Position numbers and translations under genes: made by a program. 64,000 nt of DNA from Antedon mediterranea. Lineage: Eukaryota > Animalia > Echinodermata. The notes under the pieces are model-generated. The model made no database searches. It was not told where the DNA came from and saw only the letters and a list, made by a program, of their open reading frames with translations. Positions 11,503 to 23,454 of this stretch are shown here, piece after piece; within the stretch, counting starts at the first letter, position 1; every line of letters starts with the position of its first letter. The DNA lies in contig NC_092674.1 of assembly GCF_964355755.1 (NCBI RefSeq), positions 28,396,001-28,460,000 on the forward strand. Reading direction: 5' to 3'.

Positions 11503-11874
11503 AATTTCCCTCTATTTTAATAGTGACAATTTCCCTCTACTTTGATAGTGACAATTTTCCTCTACTTTAATAGTAACAATTTCCCTCTACTTTTTGATAG
11601 TGACAATTTCCCTCTATTTTAATAGTGACAATTTCCCTCTACTTTAATAGTGACAATTTCCCTCTACTTTAATAGTGACAATTTCCCTCTACTTTAATAG
11701 TGACAATTTCCCTCTACTTTAATAGTGACAATTTCCCTCTACTTTAATAGTGACAATTTCCCTCTACTTTAATAGTGACAATTTCCCTCTACTTTAATAG
11801 TGACAATTTCCCTCTACTTTAATAGTGACAATTTCCCTCTACTTTAATAGTGACAATTTCCCTCTACTTTAATA
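11503..11874. repeat. 25-bp minisatellite (AATAGTGACAATTTCCCTCTACTTT), about 15 copies
   Basis: Directly visible, near-perfect tandem units. Confidence 0.95.
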
Positions 11875-13311
11875 TATTTGTTGATACAGTATATCGTATA
11901 TTGTATATCTTAATTTTGATTGGTCAATTAATTTTCCATCTAAAAAATCTTGGTATCCATAACGTCACACTGTAAAATACTTGATTCTTGAAGAGAAACT
12001 GTAACTGTTACTATTATTATTTGATGTTGCTAGTCAGAATTAGGTATTAACATTAATTGAAATTTGTTTAACGATCTGTATACACTATCAAACTAGTTTG
12101 ACAAAAAATGTGTGATGAAATTGAATAATTATTATAGTGGTATGACGTCATCGTCAGCTTAAGAAATCACCAAAGTCTATGACCTCCAATCTCACGTTGA
12201 TTCAGGTGAAGTTATTTCTTTACAACACAACAATTGACATGATATAAAGTTTGCGGTACACCACTACACGTATATTAGTTCTGAAAAAAACCTGTTGAGT
12301 TTCTCGACGTTTCGATCAATATGCTTTGATTCAGGTATAATTGTTTCAGATTATATTCAACTTGTTTGCCAAATTGTAAGATCTTTACAGGACAAGAATT
12401 AGAAAGTTGTCCGATATTGTTTCTTATTTACGTATAAATTACATAAAATGTAATTAGTAACGAGTAATAGAAGACGTGATGGATTTGTAATTAAATAGAC
12501 TTGTTTATTTGTAAATTACACCCTTCAAGTTGTATCCATTTTTTAACGTAATTCGGTTAGCTTTGTCATAATTACCTATCCATCTATATTTATTACTTGA
12601 ATTACTGTTTTTTTTTAATTGACCCCAAATAAACCTCAATTAAAATACTAAGATCGCTATTACAACAAAAGATGGGTTTAGTTCTCTATAATTGTATTAA
12701 TAAAGCTTGGTTCCCACATTGACGAAACGCAGGGACGTAAGTAATTTGACCAATCAGACGCGATAGATTATCCGAATTGTCGCCCGTGATTGGTCCATTC
12801 TGCGTTGCTTGTGCGTTACGTCAAAGTAAAGTGCAGAGAACCAAGATTTGAGATGTTCGAGATTAGAATCAAGAATCACTCCAATTTCTAATTATTTTCT
12901 GATATTTATTTATTCTTACATAAAAACTATAATCAATTACAATATTTTTATCAGTGTACAGAGGTTTGTTTCCAGTATGTAATAATAAGTTATTTTCCTA
13001 TATAAATGTTAATGTTTAATAAAATTAACGATTTGTCCTTACTTTGCCTTTAACTTTCAAGGAATTAAGTCTTCTAAGTGTTCTTCAAAGTATATATAGG
13101 GTATGTGACACACAAACACGTGAACCTTACTTCATTGTGAACCTTACTTCATTGTGAACCACCGTTAGTCTATAATATTTGTGTAGAAAACGTACTGACA
13201 TTTAATTCAACTTATTTAAAACAATTTCCTTAATTTATATAGATAATAAAAAGTGTATCATAAAAAATTATTTGATGAAGATTAACTAAAACAACATTCT
13301 TTACTTACGTT

Positions 13312-13476
13312 CGCCTCTCTCCACCCGGGTGTACAAATAGGTATACCTGCTAAGATCAAGACACAGCTTTGCGCTGATTACTACAGTAATGTTTCCATAT
13401 GTGTTTGATCCGGGGTAACACTCAAGGTTTCACAGCATTAGCCGCTTTATAAATCCATCCAGGATATTATTATTAT
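13312..13476 (+). mobile_element. SINE 3' fragment with Nin-domain-like core and (ATT)n tail
   Basis: CTCTCCACCCGGGTGTACAAATAGGTATACC resembles the conserved SINE core CTCTCCACCCAGGTGTATAAATGGGTACC; ends GCTTTATAAAT...(ATT)n. A related core occurs on minus at ~37282-37310. Confidence 0.5.
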
Positions 13477-14216
13477 TCTTCTTCTCATCTTGTTAAAACA
13501 AACAAGCTTTGGTTTACTGCCGTCTTGGAAAATAAATAATGAAATACGTAGTAGTAGTAGTTACCTTTTGTATATACCGTATTATAATAAGAGTAGGCTA
13601 GTAGCACTTAATTCATAATGAACCTAATCAATGTGATGTTACCTTATAAGTGTTAGACTAGATTTTACTTAATTTACAATAATATGTCTCAAGGAGATAA
13701 TGACTTCATTATCTCATCTACTGTAGTGATTCAAAAAGAAGGTAATTCATATTGGATAGCATTTTAATATCCAAGAAATCTCTTGATTTAGAAAAACGAA
13801 TTGGAAATAACTAAGCCTAACAGCTGAAGTAGAACGATGAGAAAAAAGAGCAACCACGTTCTCGTCCTTGAGGAATGTTTAACATCAATTTCAACCAATG
13901 ATATGCCGATAACAAACATTCGTTTCAACAAAAACAAATACATGAGTATGTATGAATCAACTACGTAAACATGCGTAATTTACTGTTTGCGAGACATTGG
14001 TAGCATTAATTTAAAGCAATGTTGGGGAAACAAGACAATAATCTTCAACCAAATAAAGTAAACGTCCAGGGTCACAAAAAAAACGGAATAATAAGGAAAT
14101 AAATAAAAAAGGGATTGAGTAAACACAACTTGGTTGTAATCCTTATCCTCAAAACATTTGTTTTCAAAGACTAAACCGTTGTCAAGGATAGATTTTAAAA
14201 ACAACCCATAAATGGC

Positions 14217-14905
14217 CGCGTAAATACTAATAAACGACGCAGCAGCTATTGTACGCGAGCAGTACTATTTGTACGCGCGTTTCAACATTATGATGTCTCT
14301 AGTATCGCTAAAGAAACAACAATAAATACACGCGTAAAAACTAATAAACGACACAGCAGCTATGGTACGCGCGCAGTACTATTTGTACGCGCGTTTCAAC
14401 ATTATGATGTCTCTAGTATCGCTAAAGAAACAACAATAAATACACGCGTAAAAACTAATAAACGACGCAGCAGCTATTGTACGCGCGCAGTAATATTTAT
14501 ACGCGCGTTTCAACATTATGATGTCTCTAGTATCGCTAAAGAAACAACAATAAATACACGCGTAAAAACTAATAAACGACGCAGCAGCTATTGTACGCGC
14601 ACAGTAATATTTATACGCGCGTTTCAACATTATGATGTCTCTAGTATCGCTAAAGAAACAACAATAAATACACGCGTAAAAACTAATAAACGACGCAGCA
14701 GCTATTGTACGCGCGCAGTAATATTTATACGCGCGTTTCAACATTATGATGTCTCTGGTATTGCTGAAGAAACAACAATAAATACACGCGTAAATACTAA
14801 TAAACGACGCAGCAGCTATTGTACGCGCGCAATACTAAGTTTTGTACGCGCAGTTCAACATTATGATGTCTCTGGTATCGCTGAAGAAATATCAATAAAT
14901 TAACA
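14217..14905. repeat. 114-bp tandem repeat, 6 copies, CGCG-rich
   Basis: Units start at 14217, 14331, 14445, 14559, 14673 and 14787; this explains the repetitive ORF 14379-14744. Confidence 0.95.
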
Positions 14906-15510
14906 CGGGTCATGTAAACATGTGTAATTACGTACACCAGACTGCGGCGAACATTGAAACGGCGCCGTTTGTTCGATAGCCATTGTTGCTAGATAAGATT
15001 TTAAGAGCTGTTAACACTAATTAACGGTATGCATTTAAACATTTTTATTCGAGGACGTTTGTTTCCGCTTTTTGCAAAACATAAAGCTATTATTTTTTGT
15101 ATTATTCAGATTATAATGCTCGTATAGACGCACATGTTGCTTTTATATCCCATCTGCTTTAGTAGATCTAATTAAGATAAATGCCAATATTTTACTTTTT
15201 TTTATATTGGAATTGGAAAAGAAACTTAATTTCGTTTTCTAAACACAGTGATGGATATTATATAATATATATTTGCTGTGCTACAGAAAATTAAGCATGG
15301 TTTGTTTTTAGAGAAACGACAAAATTATGTATTAAATCAATTAAAAAAGGGATGATAATTTGTACGGAAAAGCAATTTGTTCTCACTTGGATGCGACGTA
15401 ACAGAACGACGAGGCGCAATGCAAGTAAAAATGCAAGTTGCATGAGATGGATCAAATAACTTGCGTTTCTTTTCGTTCTTGCGTTGCTGCATCAGTGAGA
15501 ACCACGCTTA

Positions 15511-15653
15511 AGGCCAGTTTACACGGACGAGCAGTAACGGTAATAAGAGCAGCGGAGCAGACGGACGGTTTCCACTCAGGATAGATACAGATTCTACGTG
15601 GGACAAGCTACGCTTGCCGCTTACCGTTACGACTCGTCTGTGTAAATTGGCCT
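15511..15653. mobile_element. PIF/Harbinger-type MITE family C
   Basis: TIRs AGGCCAGTTTACACGGACGAG / CTCGTCTGTGTAAATTGGCCT flanked by TTA on both sides; abuts the end of a decayed family A copy. Confidence 0.75.
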
Positions 15654-17749
15654 TTAATTGGTGGGTAGATAAGGAAGGCGTAGCGCCATAACCAGGTCTT
15701 TGATATTTAAATGGTAGCCCCGGGTTCAACACTTATTACTTATTATGAAGTATCAACTTTGCAACAATAACAACCCTCTTATTTTTTTTAAGAAAGTTAG
15801 AAGCAAAACGAGCGTCGTGAAATAAGCCACTTTAAAAAAAAGTGTGTTACTACACAACTATTTCGTATAAGATAGGAGGAATTTTAAGGTTATTATCAAT
15901 TTTGTTGCTATAGTTTAGCGCTAGCTTCTAAAAGCTAGCTGCGACACCTAAACCAATTTGACACAAAATACAAACGTACATTTTGAATTAACAAATCGCA
16001 TGTGCTGGAATGTATTCTCCTGTGCAAATACGTCACTTCATGTTCATGATGTGACGTATTGTTATCACCATTGTTATCACACAAACATAATGATTTTCTT
16101 ATTCACTATTAAGATTGTTATTTGGCGATAGATTAATCGTTTCTGGTAATCCCCAATGCGCCGATAACTCTGTTTGGTAATTTACTGAATGGATTTTTTT
16201 TTTCAGATAGCGCGCTTCATAGAATAGGGGATTTTGTTTTGTAATAAATCTAGGCCTATGTTCCCCAGGGTCCCTAAAATGTATAATGTAATTTATGGAA
16301 CGGGCTTTCATCTGAATTTACGCACACATATCGTTGCATTTTGGAAAGTGATTTGTTAATCTGGGGTGGCGATTTGTAAGCCCCCTTACTGCGTTATGCA
16401 AACAACTCGACACAAAAAACCACACCAGACATCAATATCTGGCGACTGTTTTATCTTTTAACAGACAGAAAAACACCCGATCGTAAATTACATAATTTGT
16501 AACACCAGCTTTCTATCAAATATTCTGGATAGGTTAATTAACCTTTTTCTTTGAAAATTTAATTTATTGAGATTTTATTCAAAATAAATAGGCAAACACT
16601 GCGATATGCGCAATCTAATTCGTCTATGATTGTATTTCGCACTGTGTAGATAAATTAAGCAAATAAACAGTAAAATAAAAACAAATTTCTTTAAATAATA
16701 TAATTCTACCTGACGTGTATTACATTAAAACGTAAGGATCTAGTCCTATGACACGTAGTGAAACACGTTTATCAAATTGGTTTGTTTAATGCAAGTCACA
16801 GCGAATAGATACAGCGTGTGTATAACTAGGTTTAAACGAGCTGGTACCTATAATATATTCAAACGCTTATTGCGTTCAGCCTACAGTTATGACGGATTTG
16901 CACCGAAAACTAATTTGTACGTGCATCTGTTAAACGCATTATTATTTTGAGCTCACTTGACACACATACACAAACGCGTTACCAAACCAATAATAACGCG
17001 TGACAAACGCATTAACCCTGATACAGCAAATGACACGTTTTGCAGCGTTCTAGTTATTGATATTAATATTTTGTGATGGTGGCGTCAGTTATTCGAAGCT
17101 CGATTTCACAAAATTCCTATAATGACTACGAAAATAAAATAAATATGTAATAATATCTGTCCATTCTGTTTACGTTTACGATTATCGTAATTATTTGCTA
17201 TTTCGAAACGTTTAAGGCGATGGAAAGTGTGCGTGCATGCCACGATCTCTGGACAAGGGTTCGTCCTTCTTCGTGGAATCTTAGCAGAAAGACTTCACTC
17301 CCGTAGGCTAACCGAATTCTATATTTTCATCGTTGGTGTTATGAAAATAATAGTTTGGCTTGTAATGACGAACGAATGACGCCTGAAATGGCATCTGTTG
17401 TGTTAGCAATGAAGACAAGTAATAAAAATATCAATTAGAGCGAAATAATATCAAATTTATCTGTTGAAAGTACAACTGCAATTGAAAATATTATCGCTTT
17501 ATTATTAATAATAACATACTATACGCGCGACTCTATTAAAATACTATGAAAATTAACAAGTTCACAGACTTTGGAGACAAGTTTAATTAACAATTCCCTC
17601 CATGTAGACACTTTTAACAATTGGGAAACGACATTGATAATATCGGTCACGTTAGCAATATAATCGTTAGTAACATAACGAAGAGACAAAAGGTAGACGC
17701 GCGCGCGTTAAACATTTGAACGCACTGAACTGAAATATTGTAAGCTTTA

Positions 17750-17905
17750 AATTCTGTCCATGATCCACACTATCAAACTTTGGACAAAAAACGTGATGTG
17801 CCCATATATGGACACGATGACATCCTATCACTACCATCATTTGGGCATATCACTACCATACATCATACATTTTTGTCAAACTAGTTTGATAGTGTAGACA
17901 GAGCT
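17750..17905. mobile_element. MITE family B copy
   Basis: CACACTATCAAACTT...AGTTTGATAGTGTAGACAGAGCT. Confidence 0.7.
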
Positions 17906-18847
17906 AAACTAATAATGACATTTCCTGTTTAAGTTCCTAGTCTATATACAACATTGATGCGCAATCACAGAAATCCCTACTCCATAAAAACTTAGAAAAA
18001 AAAAAAGTAAACAAATTTACGAGCGTGATAACGTAGACAGACAGTTGCTATATTGAGGATTTATTGTAAAATAGGAATGCTATTATGAAAGTTAACTGTA
18101 TGTTGTAGCAATGTGATGGTTTTCGCGCACGGGATACGTGGCTGTTGTACCTAGACTTCCTGTACTGTTTCAATAAAAAGGAACTTTAGGCGTGCTTTAC
18201 AGGTACTGTGACTTGTGTGACTTGTGACTTTAACCAAGACAGGAACTCGTAACAGTCCTTTGATCTTCTGTCTGGCTGCGACGACAAATACCACAGTATG
18301 TATATATTCTCCGCGGTGCGCGGTGTCTGTTAAAGGGCGTGGAACTGTGTCGCAACCACAGATAAACCTGGATCTCCGGAGCTCATCATCCTGCCACGCA
18401 ATTACTATGAGATTGCGTTGTGAACGCGCAAAACGCGTTTAATCAGTATAACCACACTTCCCTGATGTGATTCACTCCCCAAAGTGCTCGAGAAAGTTTC
18501 TGTTGCCGGCCACAAACACGCTTGCCTAGACATTTCACAATGTCTCATTATTCTATAAATATTGAGTAACAATTCCTTAAGTAACCATTAGAGAACAGAT
18601 TGACAACGAAGATAAATACGTGTAATGTTATGTAATGTGCTAAGTGACCATTACTAGAGACAGTAAGGAATTCACGTTATAATAATAATCGCATATAAAA
18701 TAGAAAAATACATTGTTTATGCATCAAATGTAGTCAACTACGAGTTGGCAAATGTGGGTCACATCCGTTACCTTCGACGCAAAGCCAATAATGTTCGATC
18801 AAAATCAAGATGTTTACGTTGACTTACGCTAACTTTAACACCTTTAA

Positions 18848-19356
18848 AGCTTGCTTACCTCTTAAGCTTAGTTCCCACTATAGCGACGCAACGTAACGCA
18901 TATCTACGCAACGTAAGAAAATGCCCTTCTAATAATTGTGTTTGCCCCCGCCTGCGTGAAATCAAACCTGCGATGTTTTCAGCACTATTGCATCGTCGGT
19001 TCCTACATGTGATTACGCACTTTGCGTCAATACGTCGCTGCGTTAAAGCGTGGTTCCCACTAGCGACGCAACACAAGGACGTAAAGCAACGCAAGTGAAT
19101 TGACCAATCACAAGCGATGGCTTATTCGCTTGTGATTGCTAAAACTGTCTATAACTTCGCTTGTCATTGGTTAAAACGCTTGCGTTGCGTTTACGTCCTT
19201 GCGTTACGTTCTAGTGGGAACCAAGCTTAAGTAGCGTTACGTTCTAGTGGGAACCACGCTTTAGACGTGTAGGCGCAACGTAACTGATGATGATCCGCGC
19301 GTCTTGATTGGTCAAATTGCTTACGCCCTTACGCTGAGCCCAGGTGGGAACAAGCT
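18848..19356. mobile_element. Triple-nested PIF/Harbinger-type family A MITEs (outer 18848-19356, middle 18865-19260, inner 19047-19227)
   Basis: TIR AGC(T/G)TGGTTCCCACT; the layers are flanked by TAA, TTA and TAA duplications respectively. Confidence 0.8.
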
Positions 19357-20871
19357 TAACACTTCCTCATCTACTTAGCCACTACACTATAAAGACCCGA
19401 CTTACGCAATTTGACACGCGCGTTGAAAAAGCTACAGCTTTAATGAGCGTGCGTTGTTATTCCCCGCCCCTATCGTGCCATAAATGACGATTTGTGTACG
19501 ATACTAATAAAATGAACCAAAATAATAATTGTGTAATTAAGAGATACTTCGATGGGCAATATATAACCTAAACACTGATATACTGTATAACTTAAACACT
19601 GTAATGTAACTTAAACATTGATATAGACCCTCAACACTGATATATAACTTAAACACTGATATATAACAACATTAATTTAGAGGCGTTAATCGAAATTATA
19701 AGACTCGCGTAAATTAAGAAACATAGTTATCCCGTAATTGTCACGGTTTACGTTTACACAACGATGAAATTTGTGGAGACATATTTAGTTATTTTGCGTT
19801 TATTCCAGGACGATTCCCCTATTTTGCTGTGTGCAGTTTATAAAATAGTTAAGGTGTTACGTTTTTATATTGTGTTTTAAATTGCATTGTGTTTCTACGT
19901 TCAGGAAAACAAATTTCATGTATGTAATATTATGTGGCAATAAATTGAATCTTGAATGTTGTACGTCTGGAAAATTACCACTTGTTTTTGCCTTTTAAAT
20001 CATAAGAATTTAGAATCCGCAGTCATTCGCCACTCGACAGGTCCAGCATAACCCTCGTAAATTTTAGACTATACGTACGTAGGCACGCGTACGTTTCAAG
20101 CTATACCGAAAACGACAATCAGCCCAATAACTCTACGTGTTTGTTTACCCAGCACACCAACATACCCATGTTAATCTATATTTCACGAACTCACTTCGAA
20201 ACATAAACATAACATAGGAATTCTGTGGCTACAAACTATTCGATTTGTTTATCATCTAAATCACTATCGGCATGTGATCTGTTATTTTGACGCTTTTATG
20301 AAGCCATCTATATATCAATTAAGTGAGCAACTTCATCTGCGTACAGTTTCCATTGCCTCATTAAAAATCTACATTTATATTATTCCACGGTTATGTATTA
20401 CAACTAAACGCATTGTATATACCACTCTACGTTATAATACTCTATTTCTCTTCAAAGGGTTTAAGTCCATGATAACTTAATTTATTAAAAGCTTACAAGG
20501 TTTTTCCAACTCCTTGTCTATTGTCATAATACTTCAGTTTTAAATTCAATAAACACGGTTAGTTTTTCATTAATTCTAACCTTAGCCTTTTCAGATCAAC
20601 AATTTAGGGATCGACCATATGGCATACTCAGCGTTTCACCAGGTTTCCAGAAAATTGTATATTCGAATTATTATCTTTTTATTGGGTTTACGTACCAGTT
20701 GGTAGACAAACTCCTGAAGCTCCTGAATTCAGAGTGACCACGCAGAAAATGTCACCGCCTTAAATAAACAACGAACAAATAATAAAAGTGTAGGCCTGTG
20801 TTATTCTTAAACTATACACTCGAGGCTCTGCTGCCATCAACATTATCATCAATACAAGTAACCTGCATGGT

Positions 20872-20907
20872 TTCTAGAAAACTCAGATATATCTGAGTTT
20901 TCTAGAA
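20872..20907. repeat. 36-bp perfect palindrome
   Basis: TTCTAGAAAACTCAGATA|TATCTGAGTTTTCTAGAA. Confidence 0.9.
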
Positions 20908-21047
20908 CTAGCTCAGATTTCTGACACCCCAGTAACCAACATTAGGCCTACAGTACACACACCCACCACTTGGGATATCCATATTCACAGAAACGATCGA
21001 GTGAAATATATGTGTTCACTGGCCATTCCTTTCCTATATTAAGAGGA

Positions 21048-21340
21048 TATGTAGTATGGGTCCCCGTAGTTCTACTGTAGTGCCTTAAAAAATGCATTAT
21101 ATTTACGCTGTATTAAAATGACATTTTGTAGTATGGGTCCCCGTAGTTATACTGTAGTGCGATATTAAAGGAATATTGACACTGTATTAAAAGGACATTT
21201 TGTAGTATGGGTCCCCGTAGTTCTATTGTAGTGAAGTATTAAAAGAATATTGAAACACTGTATTAAGATATTAAGATATTTTGTAGTATGAGTCCCCGTT
21301 GTTCTGCTGTGATGTCTTATTAAAGGAATTGACACTGATA
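21048..21340. repeat. ~75-bp degenerate tandem repeat, 4 copies
   Basis: TGTAGTATGGGTCCCCGTAGTTCTACTGTAGTG recurs at ~21050, 21127, 21201 and 21282. Confidence 0.85.
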
Positions 21341-23454
21341 GTACAGGTACTGCATGCAGCCTACTTTATATTTCCTGAGAAATGAAACATGAAGGCTGTT
21401 TAGACCTGCATATGAAACGTTATACATTGTGTTTCAATGACGTCACAATTTGACGATATTATTAATTATTACTGCGATATTATTAGCATAAACGTAAAAA
21501 TAATTTTTTTGAAATAGTACATAGTTAATGATAGCGAACTATAATGCCCTTTGTGGAAAGTCGTAAATTGTATTAGTGATAATACCGTCAGAGGGAAGAG
21601 TGAAAGGTATCATTAAAAGCAGCTGATATCGGCGGTAGATTCAATAAAACCGTACTGACCACAAAGTGAAGCCATCGCTTGGACAATTAGACATATGACA
21701 TTGCAATCGGTTACCATTTTGTAAACATTTTTAGCCAAAATCAGCAATATTGTTAAAATATTCACATTATCCTCCATATTTAAAAATAAAAATTAATTCA
21801 ATATAGCTTTGAATATATCAGTTAATAATGTGTACATACAACCAGATCCTGCTGCGGGATCTCCGTGTTCATTATTATACTGATTGCATTGAGAAAATCT
21901 AGGGGTTTTATCCAATACTGTCAGTGGTCTGATACAACATTTCGTATCTCCTTACGTGATTCTGGGAGATCGTAGACTTGCCTCAAGTCTGTGTTATTGT
22001 CTTTTTATTTATGTTAGTCCACCAGTCGGCGTTTCGATTTTTGTCTGAAAATACGAACTTATGTGTTATACGTATGAGACGCCATATGTGCCAAAATATG
22101 GAGAATCGTTGTTTGGTTCCAAATTGAACGCAATATAACGCAAAGACGATAGATTATCTGAATGGTTAGGTTATTGTGATGCGCCTCTAGTGGGAACCAA
22201 GCTTTAGCCCCAAAATGAAAGTATGCGTATCCAAATAAGTCGGCCTATACTCTGTTGATTCGTAGTTGTTCCAAGTCAATCTTGCCTTGGATGTTCTTAC
22301 CGATTAGTGTAGCAATGTTCGTCTAGTTATCAAACGGTAATTGGACTCAGTATTACATCATCACTCGATCATCAGCGTATAAACCCATTACGTCTCAATT
22401 TCGTAGATTCCGTTTCCCGTTGTTAATTCAAATATAGAAATATGATTAATAAACCAATAAATCTAAACTATGTGGTCAACATCGATCGACGAATGTTATT
22501 CTAGTTAATTATCTCCATTACAAATAGTAATTATTCTCAATACGTTTGCGACAAGCAAGATAATATTATCAGATAAAAAAGTATACGCGAACGAGGACAT
22601 CGAGCCGCGCGTTCAAAACGGCTGTCACGTGATAATTATGTAAATTAAACCGACTGAATGGCATTTATCTGAACATATACTACCATCATCTGTTGTCAAA
22701 GCTCAATGAGAATGTATACATTATGTCATAATTATATGATTACAAAGCAATTCTACTATCGGTTTATTTTACAAGGAAAGATTACACTAAGGAATTAGGG
22801 ACAATTAGGTTTATTTTAATTAAATATCTTCAATGGGCTCAATAAGAACGAGAATTTCAAAATCGATGTGTATTCTAAACCGACATTAGGTCTATATTTA
22901 GATTGTAATGTTCTAGAATGTTTTACTTTGATATGATGTATTCCAAAGGTCACGTCGTTCGTTTAAATGACATTACAGAGTGTAATGAAATGTTGAGTGA
23001 AAAACCCAACAATGTCAATACGACGTCAGTGACTCCAATAATAGATACACATGCTGTATGATAATATTTAAACTTGTGTAGGCCTACACGTGCCAAAAGT
23101 TGACCAATGGCGAATGACTAAAACGAGTTGACCAATGATTAGTGAGAGTTCGAATAATCCATCGCAATTATTGTGATTGGTGCAATCTCTCAAGCTTGGG
23201 TCTTAGCACGCAACGCAATGACGTAACGCAACGCAAAGTGATTTGACCAATCACAAGTGATGGATTACTCGAACAGTCACATGTGATTGGTCAACTCGCT
23301 TGCGTTGCGTCTACTACGTCCTTTCCTTGTATTGCTAGCGGGAACCACGCTTTACGTTGCGTTACTTCTAACCAGAATTACTATATAAACATTTATACAA
23401 TATTTTAATTTGTTTAAGCTTTTCTTTCTATATCTTTCAGGAAGAAGTATCAAC

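Noticed and set aside
14379-14744. 121-aa repetitive ORF
   Set aside because: Translation of a 114-bp tandem repeat; no splice context or protein-like features
19284-19310. CTGATGA hammerhead core (also at ~205 and ~59712)
   Set aside because: No stem II followed by GAAA and a cleavage triplet at the right spacing
20595-20860. Possible additional 5' UTR exon of the CCK receptor with a short ORF
   Set aside because: Acceptor-like TTTTCAG at 20594 but only a weak donor; cannot be supported without transcripts
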